This document shows, in pieces, positions 17,318 to 26,877 of a stretch of DNA of 64,000 nucleotides. The stretch's first letter is position 1. Each line of letters starts with the position of its first letter. Under the pieces are notes generated by a model. The model ran no database searches, was not told the DNA's origin, and saw only the letters and a list, made by a program, of their open reading frames with translations. A program made the position numbers and the translations under genes. The stretch comes from Clostridia bacterium (GTDB taxonomy: Bacteria > Bacillota > Clostridia > Oscillospirales > CAG-272), in NCBI GenBank assembly GCA_017517035.1, contig JAFXAN010000122.1, positions 16,201-80,200 of the forward strand, given 5' to 3'.

Positions 17318-17516
17318 AGGTATACGCTCCAAATATGATATCATGTTAATTATATTACAAATATCGACGATTTACAAGAACTTTTAGGAACTTTTATGGA
17401 AAAAATGTGAAACAAATTGCTGTGGCGATATTTTTCTTAAAAAGCACAAAAATTTGCTTGTATTTCCATGCTTTCCAAAGTAAAATAAAATCAACAACAA
17501 AATTTTGGAGGTTGCT

Positions 17517-19859
17517 ATGAAGAAAATCAGATTGTCATTAGCTTTTTTAATCGTACTTGTAATGTTTATTGCAGCTTTTTCTTTGAGCGTATTTGCAGAA
17601 GAATCGGGATATGCTCTCAATAAAGATAAGCAGGAAACGAACATTAAATGGACTATTAAGGACAGAATACTTACCTTTGAGATCGATGCAAGTGCAACTG
17701 ATAAGGTTGCAGCGACCACGCTTGATGTCAATCCTATAACCGGTGCAGCTATGGGTTATGGCTCAAAGGTTGATGAATTTCAAAATGTTATTAAATGTGT
17801 TATTGGCGACGGAATCACAGGAGCTTCGAGAATCCTCTCAAATATTCCAACGCTTCTTGAGGTTGAGATACCCACATCACTTGTTAGAATACAAGCACTT
17901 TTTGAACAGTCCAAAGCGCTTGAATCGGTATATGTTAAAGGCACAGAGCCTAAAAAATATCATGCGGATCTTTCCTATATAACCACACTCGGAACCTGCA
18001 ATTTTAACGCAAGCGGTCCTATTGAAACGGTAACTTTCGGTGATAATCTTACAGGAACGATACCTCAGGAGACATTCCAGTGGAACAGTAAGATCAAAGC
18101 ACTAACGATCCCGGTAGGTGTTACGAAGATCGGTGCAAAGGCATTTGCAAACTGCAACGGAATTGATGTTATGACAGTTCTCGGCAAAGAAACACAGATA
18201 GATGCAAATGCTTTTTTCAACAATAAATATTATCCTGCGATAAAGGCATATGCAGGCTCTGCGGCAGAGAAATTTGCAAAAGAGAACGGATTTACCTTCA
18301 TCAATATTGAGACAGGTGAAGAGGTTGAGGGCGAAAAGCCTCGTCCGGGCGAGACGCACAAGCTTCCCGTCAGCAAATTTGACACAACGGGAGCGACTGC
18401 TCACGGTCTTATGTTCAAAGAAGGTCTTGTAAATAACTATTGGGCATATTATGCTGATACCAAAACTCTCGTCATCGCATCGAGAACGCTGAACGGTTAT
18501 AATGAAACAGGCACAGTTGGAAATTGCGAGGGCAACGGCTGGCGTGATTACATAAACGAAATTGAGCATATTGAGATCATCGGTGACAGACTTGATAAGA
18601 TTTCGGGATATGCCTTTATGAATTATAAATCGCTTAAAGATGTTAAGGTTAAGGGACAGCCCGGTCAGTGGGATCCCGGAATTTTCACCGGTTGTACAAA
18701 TCTCACCACCATTTGGTATGAGGGTGGCGAGCGAGTTGAGGGAAGAGCCGATTTGAGCAGATGCGGAAAGGTCAACAATATTTTCCAGGGAACAGCGATA
18801 AAGGAGGTACTTCTCAGAGATACCGTCAAAAATATTGAGGTTGGTCTGCCGTTCTCAATCAGAACAATTCTCGCACCAAACATCACTCCCGAGCTTATTC
18901 AGTATTGTAAGGACAACAATTTTGATCTTGTCAATTCCAAGAATCCCGAGGAGAAGTATTCTTACTATATTGAGATAGATCCCACTCTCCCATATTGCGG
19001 AGACAGAGCTGTTTACGATTTTGACGAGGCAACAGGCACTCTCACAATCTACGGCTCGGGTTCAATTCCGGATATTCAGAACTTCTTTGGCGGCGGTTCA
19101 AAGAATCAGTGGTGGCGAGGCATCAGAAATGAGGTTAAGCACATTGTTATCGCAGACGGAATCAAGTCTATCGGAAAATATGCCTTCTGTGAGCTTCGCA
19201 ATGTTGAAACTATCAGACTTCCCGATAGAGACGATCTCGTTGTTTGGAACTGCGCTTTCCAAAGCTGTGAAAATGTAAGATCTATAACAAGAGGCGATAA
19301 GGAAGCAATTCTCGGAACTGCGGATCTCAGCGGTATTTCCAAGATCACATCATGGTCCTTTGCATATAATTACCTTATTGCAAATGTTATTCTTTCGGAA
19401 ACCCTTACAGAGGTTGGATCAACAGCATTTGAGGATTGTATTAATCTTCAGAATGTCTATTCCGCACCCGGAACATTCGGTGAGAGCTTTGCAAAGGAAA
19501 AGGGCATTGCATTCTTCGATATAGCTTCAAATGCCCCGCAGCCTATTGAATGCACTCCTCCCGAGGTAACATCAGAGGAGGAAACAGAAAGCATTTCACC
19601 TGATTCGGAAAGTGCAGAAACAAAGTCTAATGATTCCGAAAGTGCGGAAGTAAAGCCTGACGATTCGGAAAGTGCGGAAGTGACCACATCCGATGAATTC
19701 TTTTTCATTGATCCCGATGAAATATCATCTGATAACATAGGAAATACAGAGAAAGATTATTTTGATCCCACGGTAATAATTGTGGTTGCGGTCATTCTTG
19801 CTGCTGCTATCACCGCAGTAATTGTAACTATCATTGTTGTAAAAAAGAGAAAAAAGTGA
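17517..19859 (+). CDS. BspA-type leucine-rich-repeat cell-surface protein with acidic Ser/Glu stalk and C-terminal TM anchor
   Basis: Signal peptide MKKIRLSLAFLIVLVMFIAAFSLSVFA, LRR_5-like repeats, and a C-terminal VIIVVAVILAAAITAVIVTIIVVKKRKK. Confidence 0.8.
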   Translation: MKKIRLSLAFLIVLVMFIAAFSLSVFAEESGYALNKDKQETNIKWTIKDRILTFEIDASATDKVAATTLDVNPITGAAMGYGSKVDEFQNVIKCVIGDGITGASRILSNIPTLLEVEIPTSLVRIQALFEQSKALESVYVKGTEPKKYHADLSYITTLGTCNFNASGPIETVTFGDNLTGTIPQETFQWNSKIKALTIPVGVTKIGAKAFANCNGIDVMTVLGKETQIDANAFFNNKYYPAIKAYAGSAAEKFAKENGFTFINIETGEEVEGEKPRPGETHKLPVSKFDTTGATAHGLMFKEGLVNNYWAYYADTKTLVIASRTLNGYNETGTVGNCEGNGWRDYINEIEHIEIIGDRLDKISGYAFMNYKSLKDVKVKGQPGQWDPGIFTGCTNLTTIWYEGGERVEGRADLSRCGKVNNIFQGTAIKEVLLRDTVKNIEVGLPFSIRTILAPNITPELIQYCKDNNFDLVNSKNPEEKYSYYIEIDPTLPYCGDRAVYDFDEATGTLTIYGSGSIPDIQNFFGGGSKNQWWRGIRNEVKHIVIADGIKSIGKYAFCELRNVETIRLPDRDDLVVWNCAFQSCENVRSITRGDKEAILGTADLSGISKITSWSFAYNYLIANVILSETLTEVGSTAFEDCINLQNVYSAPGTFGESFAKEKGIAFFDIASNAPQPIECTPPEVTSEEETESISPDSESAETKSNDSESAEVKPDDSESAEVTTSDEFFFIDPDEISSDNIGNTEKDYFDPTVIIVVAVILAAAITAVIVTIIVVKKRKK
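19602..19691 (+). repeat. 3 x 30-nt in-frame tandem repeat (DSESAE(T/V)K..)
   Basis: GATTC(G/C)GAAAGTGC(A/G)GAA recurs at 19602, 19632 and 19662. Confidence 0.85.
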
Positions 19860-19887
19860 TCCGAAGCAAAAATAGTGGAGGTAATTT

Positions 19888-21822
19888 GTGAAAAATATAA
19901 TAAGAATATGTTCCTTAATGCTGATATTTATGCTTATAGCCTCGTTTCTTGTTTCATGCGGTAAGGCAGGTGGCTCAAGCTCGGGCGTAAAGAATAATGG
20001 CGGAAATACAGGTCTTGTTCCAATTGAAAATCTTTCTGAATATAAGATCGTCAGAAGTGACAGCTCGGATGATACCGTTAAGGCGATAGTCAAGGATCTT
20101 CGAGAGACAATAAAGAACAAATTCGGTGTGGAGCTTGGACTCGGAACAGATTATTCTCCATCAAACGGGAAAGAGATCCTTATAGGCGAGACCAAGCGTT
20201 CAGAGAGCAAGGCGGCATCAAAGGATGTTCTAAGCGATAATGCTTATGTAATAAGGCAGAGCGGCAATAAGATCGTAATTTGCGGTGGCTCGAATGAAGC
20301 ACTTTCGGCGGCTATCGAAAAATGGACATCGAAAATGGTTGATCCCAAGGGCAGACTTTGCATACCGATAACAGAGAAGGGATATATTTTTGAGCCTGAG
20401 GGAATGAAAATTGATAAGCTCACTTTAAATGGCGAGAAAATGCAGGGAATGAGCATTTATGCAAAGGATCCTATTCTCGGTATATATGCAAAGCAGATAA
20501 AGGTGCTTTTCTCTGAATATGCTGATGTTGAGCTTGAGATCGTTTCAAATAAGATCCCGGAAAAGGGAATTATTCTGACCTTTGACAGCGAAAATTATCG
20601 AAATGAAAGCATTTCTGTTGAGGACGGAGCAATTAAGATTACTCCCGCATATGCAAATCCCAAATTTGCCTATGAAAAGCTGAAGGAGATCCTTGACGGC
20701 GCAAAGGACAAAAGCGTTGATATAACAGAAGCCGTCAACTATTCCGGTGAGATAGATTTTGGCGAAATATATACAAAAGAGGAGCTGATGGAGCTTCTTC
20801 AAAGGGTATATGATTCTGATTCTGTCATCGTCGGAGAACTTGCGGACAACGGAGCAAATAAAAACAGCACTCTTATAAGCTCGGGACTTGAATATTTTAA
20901 GGAACAAACAGGCGAATATCCGGGACTCATGAGCATCGACGTTGCAAGCTCATTTACATATATAAAAGAGGGCGGGGATGATATGCTACATATCGCAGAG
21001 GAGCTTATCGGTTATGCTGCAAAGGGCGGCGTTATCGTTACTCATGCGCATACAAGCTGTCCCACAGAGCCTCATACATACCGCAAAGGAAATATGAATT
21101 ATTCCCAGTGGAATGAGGTCTTCACAGAGGGAAGCGAGCTGAATAAGGCTTACTATGAAATACTTGATCTGACAGCCGATTTCTTTGAGATCCTTGATAA
21201 GGAGAATGTTCCCGTTATCTGGCGTCCCTACCATGAGAACAACGGAAACTGGTTCTGGTACGGAGCGGGCAGAAAGGACGGAATCGGTGGGACAAGACTT
21301 GAAGCTGATTATTATAAAAAGCTTTGGATAACAACATATGAGTATTATACAGAAGTGCGAGGTCTTGACAATCTGATTTGGGTATATAATCCCGGCATTG
21401 GTGATGAACGAGATGATCTTGCGGCTCCCCTTTATTGCTATCCGGGGGATGAATATGTTGACATTGTCGGTATCGACTGGTATTCAAACGGTGATTATTT
21501 CGTGCTGGAAAATACCCAAACATATAAAGATCTTGCAAGCACGGGCAAAATAGTCAATATGTGCGAGTTCGGTCTTTCGGGAGATGCACTTGTTGAGCCA
21601 AGTTTGGGCGAGAAGGGCGAGCAGAAGGATCTCTTCAGCTGCCGAGATGCGCTTACATATCTGAGTGGAATGAATAAATCCGGCTACAAGACCGCATATT
21701 GGCTTTTCTGGCAGGGAAATTCGTCGATCACGGGCATGGGATACGGAGATGAGTTTATGCAGAGTGAGCTTACTCTGGGGCTTAATGAAACAAGAGCTTT
21801 GCTTGAAGAGATAATGAAATGA
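19888..21822 (+). CDS. lipoprotein GH26 glycoside hydrolase (mannanase type)
   Basis: GTG start with GGAGG 6 nt upstream. Lipobox is FLVSC-G. GH26 is supported by WRPYHENNGNWFWYG and NMCEFG. Its C-terminal ~470 aa are a close paralogue of the end of the giant protein. Confidence 0.85.
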   Translation: MKNIIRICSLMLIFMLIASFLVSCGKAGGSSSGVKNNGGNTGLVPIENLSEYKIVRSDSSDDTVKAIVKDLRETIKNKFGVELGLGTDYSPSNGKEILIGETKRSESKAASKDVLSDNAYVIRQSGNKIVICGGSNEALSAAIEKWTSKMVDPKGRLCIPITEKGYIFEPEGMKIDKLTLNGEKMQGMSIYAKDPILGIYAKQIKVLFSEYADVELEIVSNKIPEKGIILTFDSENYRNESISVEDGAIKITPAYANPKFAYEKLKEILDGAKDKSVDITEAVNYSGEIDFGEIYTKEELMELLQRVYDSDSVIVGELADNGANKNSTLISSGLEYFKEQTGEYPGLMSIDVASSFTYIKEGGDDMLHIAEELIGYAAKGGVIVTHAHTSCPTEPHTYRKGNMNYSQWNEVFTEGSELNKAYYEILDLTADFFEILDKENVPVIWRPYHENNGNWFWYGAGRKDGIGGTRLEADYYKKLWITTYEYYTEVRGLDNLIWVYNPGIGDERDDLAAPLYCYPGDEYVDIVGIDWYSNGDYFVLENTQTYKDLASTGKIVNMCEFGLSGDALVEPSLGEKGEQKDLFSCRDALTYLSGMNKSGYKTAYWLFWQGNSSITGMGYGDEFMQSELTLGLNETRALLEEIMK

Positions 21823-23162
21823 GAAAAATATCTTTAATTGTTTTCCTTGTATCGGTGCTTGTGCTGATTCTGGCAACATATTCCTTTGCCACAAGTCCAT
21901 ATGGCGATATCTGTCCCGACGGAAGGGTAGATGTTAAGGACGCAGTTGTTCTCGCTCAGCATCTTGCTGGGTGGAAGGCATCCGTAAGCCTTATTGATCT
22001 GAGATTTGCGGATGTGAATTGCGATGCAAGTGTTGATATTAAGGATGCTGTAACTCTTTCGCAGTATCTTGCAAAATGGGATGTAATTCTTGGAAGTGAA
22101 ACGGAGACGATTGATATGATCTATACAAGAGGAGAGCTTTTGGCTGTTATAAAGGCTGCTTATGAATCAAAAGGAACGATCATAGGCGAGATCAACAGCG
22201 CAAAATATGACAATATGATAAATATAGCCATTGAGGATTTTAAGAGTGCCTCGGGCGGATATCTTCCGGGAATGATCGGACTTGATATCGGTGACGCATT
22301 TATGAGTGGCTATACGAGTAACAATCAGATAGACGAGATGGTGGAGCAGATCACCGAATATGCAAAAATGGGCGGAATCGTTCATACATGGATGCATATG
22401 ACAAATCCATCTCCGCGTCCCGAGGATAAAACTGCTTGGAATCACATATGGGCTAAGCTTGGCAATCACACCGAAGAGGATTGGCAGCAGCTTCTCACAG
22501 AGGGAACGGAATATAACACAAAATTAAAGACTGCACTTGACAAGACAGCGTCGTTTTTGAAGAGACTTCGTGATAACGGTGTTCCGGTCATATGGAGACC
22601 TTACCATGAGCATAGCGGAACATGGTTCTGGTGGTGCATGGGATTTAAGGATTCCGAAGGAAATTATCTCCCCGAGCATTATTTTTCCGATCTCTGGATC
22701 TATACCTATAAATATTTCACAGAGGAATGGGGACTTGATAATCTTGTTTGGATGTTCTGTCCCACAACGGGAGATTATGCGCCGCAGCTTTACGGATATC
22801 CCGGAGACGAATATGTTGATCTCGTCGGATTTGACTGGTACACGGGCGGAGATTATCACGGTCAGGACATGGCATATAACAGTGTTGTGACAACCGGCAA
22901 GCCCGTATGCGTTGGAGAATTTGGCGTTGCGGGAGAGGCAAAGGCGGAAAAAATTGAGGATCAGCCCTCGGTTTGGTCCTGTGAGAATCTCCTTGAATTT
23001 CTTGAGACGGCAGATGCGGAGGGCAGAAAATACGGCTTCTGGTGCAACTGGTCAACTCCTCATCAGCTTTCACAGCTCGGAAAGCTTGATGTGCTTATGG
23101 AAAGTCCGCTTGTTTATGGTCTTGATGAAGTTAAAAAACTCTTTGAGAGTTTAAATAAATAA
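21819..23162 (+). CDS. N-terminal dockerin + GH26 glycoside hydrolase
   Basis: ATGA overlap with the upstream gene. It has a signal peptide and two dockerin Ca-binding repeats (DICPDGRVDVKD, DVNCDASVDIKD). GH26 is supported by WRPYHEHSGTWFWW and CVGEFG. Confidence 0.85.
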   Translation: MRKISLIVFLVSVLVLILATYSFATSPYGDICPDGRVDVKDAVVLAQHLAGWKASVSLIDLRFADVNCDASVDIKDAVTLSQYLAKWDVILGSETETIDMIYTRGELLAVIKAAYESKGTIIGEINSAKYDNMINIAIEDFKSASGGYLPGMIGLDIGDAFMSGYTSNNQIDEMVEQITEYAKMGGIVHTWMHMTNPSPRPEDKTAWNHIWAKLGNHTEEDWQQLLTEGTEYNTKLKTALDKTASFLKRLRDNGVPVIWRPYHEHSGTWFWWCMGFKDSEGNYLPEHYFSDLWIYTYKYFTEEWGLDNLVWMFCPTTGDYAPQLYGYPGDEYVDLVGFDWYTGGDYHGQDMAYNSVVTTGKPVCVGEFGVAGEAKAEKIEDQPSVWSCENLLEFLETADAEGRKYGFWCNWSTPHQLSQLGKLDVLMESPLVYGLDEVKKLFESLNK

Positions 23163-23181
23163 TAATGAAAGGGATTTTATC

Positions 23182-25341
23182 ATGAAAAACAACTTTTCAA
23201 AAATCTTAATTACCATTTTTGCTATGGTGACACTCCTTTGCGCCTTTGCCATGATCGCAAATGCGGCGGTTGTGGAAGAGGGAACCACTGATGTAGGCTT
23301 TAAATGGGCAATTACCGACGATGCGGGATATGTTTTAACTATCAGCGATACAGAGACATCCAAATCGCTTGATGTTTTGACATTTCCCTCCACAGCACCT
23401 TGGAGTGGTAAATATTCATTTGCCAAGGTTGTTATTGAGGCAGATGTAAAAACCATTGGCTCTTCGGAAGGAGTTCTGAATGTTTGTCGTGCTCCTGTTC
23501 TTGTAATTCCCAAAAGTGTTACAAAGCTTTATGACAATTTTTATAGTTGGAACACTGGTCTTCATTCAATTCTTGTTTTGGGAGAAACATACAGTGCTTC
23601 TCTTGGAGAATGTATAGTTGACTTCAGAAATCTCAGCGCATTTCCTTCAAAGATTCAATACTCATTTGATTATACCAAGGATATTACTTTTCTCTTTCCT
23701 AAGTTTGGTTGGATTGGAGGTTTGGGTAACTTTGGAGTGATTCACAAGTCTCAGACCGATAATCTTGGAAACGGTTATCATATCGGTGAAGGAGATGTAT
23801 TTTATGTTGAATCTGATTGGAATCTGCGTTCATCACTTGAATCAATTGCAGAAAAAATTGGCTTTACCGTAAAGGCATATCCTAAGGCAATGACAAATAC
23901 TGCTATGGAAATGCATGGCTATCAGGTTCGTACAGAGGACTATAACGGTCTCCGCGGAATCTTCAACTTCAATGAAAACATCGTAAACGAAGGCTATTCT
24001 CTCATTGAATATGGTGCTATCCTTGCGACCGACGCTAACAGAGGCGAGAACGATGCAAATATCAAGCTCTCATATAATGAACAGACAGGCGAATATGAGC
24101 CTACAGTTGAAAAAATAGTTAAAAAGGCAATAAAGCAGAACGGAGCTTTGGTTCCCGGTGCAAAAACGCTCAAAAAGCTCAACGGACAAGCTGTTGGAGA
24201 TATAGAAGGCTATGGCGAGGGCTATACTTGGTTCGCAACAACTCTTGTCAATTTCACTCACAGCTATAAGAGCGATGTATATATGTGCGGATATGAGATC
24301 TGGAAAAATGAATTCACAGGCGAAACAAGCATCATCTATACAGGCTATGAGTATCCCGAATATGAGACCACAAGCATTTATGATGTGAGCATCGAGCTTA
24401 TTGCAGACGGCTTCACAAACGATTTTGAAAATAACCCCGTTGGAAGCGTTGTTAAGGCTGCAGGTGCTGTAACTCTTACAAGCACAGATGCAATTCTTCC
24501 CACAGAAGCAGAATCTCTTGTTGCAGAAAACATCGAAATGAAGGGCTATTCCGGTGGTGCATTCACAGACGGTACTACATATTATTCTCTTTATGAAATG
24601 ACTGACGGAAACTATCTTGCATATATCAGCGGCGCAGGAAATCTTAATGCTGCTGCGCTGAAAACAACATATGCAAGTGACTATGCAGGCGAGGCAAGAC
24701 CTGTTCCAACTCTTCTTGCGGCAGCACACAACAAGATAACTCATATGGTTGTCGGAGAGGGAATTGTTGATATTTCTGCATTTAATAGCATGGCAAAGCT
24801 TGTTTCCATAATCTATCCGAAGTCACTCACAAGCTTTGGAACGGCTATTAAAAATAATACTTTCCAGTATTCCTCTGCTCTTGAAAAGATAGTACCTGTG
24901 GGAAGCATGACAGATGAAAAGATCTTTGAGTTCGGTGGAATCGGCGGATTTGATAACTACAACATACAATGGACTTTCCAAAATTGCTCGGCAGTTGAAT
25001 ATATCCATTTGAACGGATACCGTGGTGGTACACAGTCGTTCTATGGATGCAAATCCCTGAAGGCAATCTGGATAGGCGATGCAGAGCGTCCGGCAGACGG
25101 TATTGCAGATCTTAGAAATGCAACCGCATCCTCAGTTGATATGAGTAGCTTTACAAATAATACAAATCTGACTACTCTTCTTCTTTCCGATGCTGTTAAC
25201 GTGTTTAGAGAAAGTTTGGCTTATGGATTCTCCATATCGACGATTTATCAGTCGACCTCAAATGATACGATCAAGTCGTTCTGCGAAGGAAACAATAAGA
25301 CTTCTAAGGTCGTAACCTATACACAGACATTGCCAAATTAA
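23182..25341 (+). CDS. secreted BspA-type LRR protein with central unknown beta-module
   Basis: Signal peptide ends ...FAMIANA. LRR_5-like repeats lie at both ends. The central GYQVRTEDYNGLRG module is shared with the giant protein. Confidence 0.7.
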   Translation: MKNNFSKILITIFAMVTLLCAFAMIANAAVVEEGTTDVGFKWAITDDAGYVLTISDTETSKSLDVLTFPSTAPWSGKYSFAKVVIEADVKTIGSSEGVLNVCRAPVLVIPKSVTKLYDNFYSWNTGLHSILVLGETYSASLGECIVDFRNLSAFPSKIQYSFDYTKDITFLFPKFGWIGGLGNFGVIHKSQTDNLGNGYHIGEGDVFYVESDWNLRSSLESIAEKIGFTVKAYPKAMTNTAMEMHGYQVRTEDYNGLRGIFNFNENIVNEGYSLIEYGAILATDANRGENDANIKLSYNEQTGEYEPTVEKIVKKAIKQNGALVPGAKTLKKLNGQAVGDIEGYGEGYTWFATTLVNFTHSYKSDVYMCGYEIWKNEFTGETSIIYTGYEYPEYETTSIYDVSIELIADGFTNDFENNPVGSVVKAAGAVTLTSTDAILPTEAESLVAENIEMKGYSGGAFTDGTTYYSLYEMTDGNYLAYISGAGNLNAAALKTTYASDYAGEARPVPTLLAAAHNKITHMVVGEGIVDISAFNSMAKLVSIIYPKSLTSFGTAIKNNTFQYSSALEKIVPVGSMTDEKIFEFGGIGGFDNYNIQWTFQNCSAVEYIHLNGYRGGTQSFYGCKSLKAIWIGDAERPADGIADLRNATASSVDMSSFTNNTNLTTLLLSDAVNVFRESLAYGFSISTIYQSTSNDTIKSFCEGNNKTSKVVTYTQTLPN

Positions 25342-25355
25342 AATAACCTACGAGT

Positions 25356-25422
25356 TTGCGGTCTTTTCAGATAACTCCTATCAAAATGTTTTCCTTTCTT
25401 TCCTTATCTGTTAAGACCGCAA
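25356..25422 (+). terminator. long interrupted hairpin downstream of the LRR gene
   Basis: TTGCGGTCTT..CAGATAA (29-nt loop) TTATCTG..AAGACCGCAA. Confidence 0.35.
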
Positions 25423-25446
25423 TGTTTATATAAAATGAGGCTAAAA

Positions 25447-26547
25447 ATGTTCCAAAGACTTGATAAAACACTTGACGAATTTATTGAAATGGGCATCCCT
25501 GCCTTTGATCTTCTTGTGATGAAGGACGGCGAGCAGGTATATCGCCGTTTTGAGGGCTTTTCTGACTATGAAAATACCTTTCCGCTCTGCGGAAAGGAGA
25601 GGTATAATATCTATTCCTGCTCAAAGCCCATCACCTGCACAGCCGCACTTCAGCTTTATGAAAAGGGATTGTTTTCTCTCGATGACGATCTTGCGCTTTA
25701 TATGCCCGAATTTGCGGATATGAAGGTAATGAATCCAGACGGAAGCATTTCGTATGCCAAAAATCGCATAAAGATAAAGCATCTTTTCACAATGACGGGC
25801 GGATTTGACTATAATATGGATTCCTCTGCAGTAAAAGCTTTTAAGGCTGATACAAAAGGTGTATGTCCAACAAGAGATTTTATGAAATATCTTGCGTCTC
25901 TACCGCTTTTCTTTGAGCCGGGTACAAAATACCGTTATAGCCTTTGCCACGATGTGCTTGCGGCACTTGTGGAGGAGATCAGCGGTATGCGTTTTGCTGA
26001 TTATGTTAAGAAAAATATATTCGATCCTCTCGGAATGGTAAATTCAACATTTAATTTGCCCGATAGCGAGCTTGACACGATTTGCGCACAGTATAGAAGC
26101 AATGAAGAAAAGGGCGTTATCGAAAATGTGGGAAAACGAATCATGTGGTATAAGCTCGGAAGCGAATACGAAAGCGGAGGAGCAGGATGTATTTCCACTA
26201 CCGAGGACTATATCAAATTTACCGAGGCTCTCCGATGTGGCGATATAATTCTTTCAAAGGAAACCATTGACCTTATGTCATCGGCGCAACTTGACAAAAA
26301 TGTGGATATCTCGGATATGGGGCTCGATAAAAACGGATATACTATGGGTCTTGGGGTGAGATGCCCTGCGGCAGATCGTCCCGATGTGACCGATTTCGGC
26401 TGGGGAGGAGCTGCAACAGCATATCTTGCCATCGACCGCAAAAACGGTATCTCTATGTATTTTGCCGAGCATGTTATCGGTGGATGTAATTTTGTGCAAA
26501 GCAGAGCACTTCCGAGAATGATCAAGGATTGTTTCGGACTTGAATAA
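25447..26547 (+). CDS. serine hydrolase, beta-lactamase (class C/esterase VIII) family
   Basis: SxxK motif in YSCSKPIT. Start chosen at MFQRL, with GAGG 6 nt upstream; an alternative ATG exists at 25435. Confidence 0.8.
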   Translation: MFQRLDKTLDEFIEMGIPAFDLLVMKDGEQVYRRFEGFSDYENTFPLCGKERYNIYSCSKPITCTAALQLYEKGLFSLDDDLALYMPEFADMKVMNPDGSISYAKNRIKIKHLFTMTGGFDYNMDSSAVKAFKADTKGVCPTRDFMKYLASLPLFFEPGTKYRYSLCHDVLAALVEEISGMRFADYVKKNIFDPLGMVNSTFNLPDSELDTICAQYRSNEEKGVIENVGKRIMWYKLGSEYESGGAGCISTTEDYIKFTEALRCGDIILSKETIDLMSSAQLDKNVDISDMGLDKNGYTMGLGVRCPAADRPDVTDFGWGGAATAYLAIDRKNGISMYFAEHVIGGCNFVQSRALPRMIKDCFGLE

Positions 26548-26553
26548 TAAAAA

Positions 26554-26600
26554 GCGGACCGGATTAAGGCATCTTTTGCCCTTGATCCGGTTCGCTTATT
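26554..26600 (+). terminator. hairpin terminator
   Basis: GCGGACCGGAT...GATCCGGTTCGC followed by TTATTTTAT. Confidence 0.5.
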
Positions 26601-26606
26601 TTATAT

Positions 26607-26877
26607 AAACAGTAATTTGTCGGTGAGGGAGTTTCGCCTCTGCGGAGGCGACCGACGCCGCCGTCGGCTCGCGCGACCTTTTAAAAAAGGTCGATCAAAA
26701 CTTTGAAAAAGGGAATTTTTATTGTTGTTTATCTGTGTTTCTACATGGAATTTATGAGGATTCTATGTAGAAAACTTGTCATCAATCTCCTCACAAGTCA
26801 TCCTGAACGAAGTGAAGGATCTGGAAACGCTAAAGGATGATTTCATCACTATCAGACTGTTCGCTAAATTACTGTTT
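26607..26877. repeat. MITE-like element, largest copy (271 nt)
   Basis: Starts AAACAGTAATTTGTCGGTGAG and ends GTTCGCTAAATTACTGTTT. The interior is a chain of hairpin modules and has no credible ORF. Confidence 0.65.

Noticed and set aside
19602-19691. Regularly spaced 30-nt repeats that could at first glance look like a mini-CRISPR.
   Set aside because: The repeats are contiguous with no spacers, in frame inside a coding sequence, and encode a DSESAE peptide repeat. There are no cas genes.
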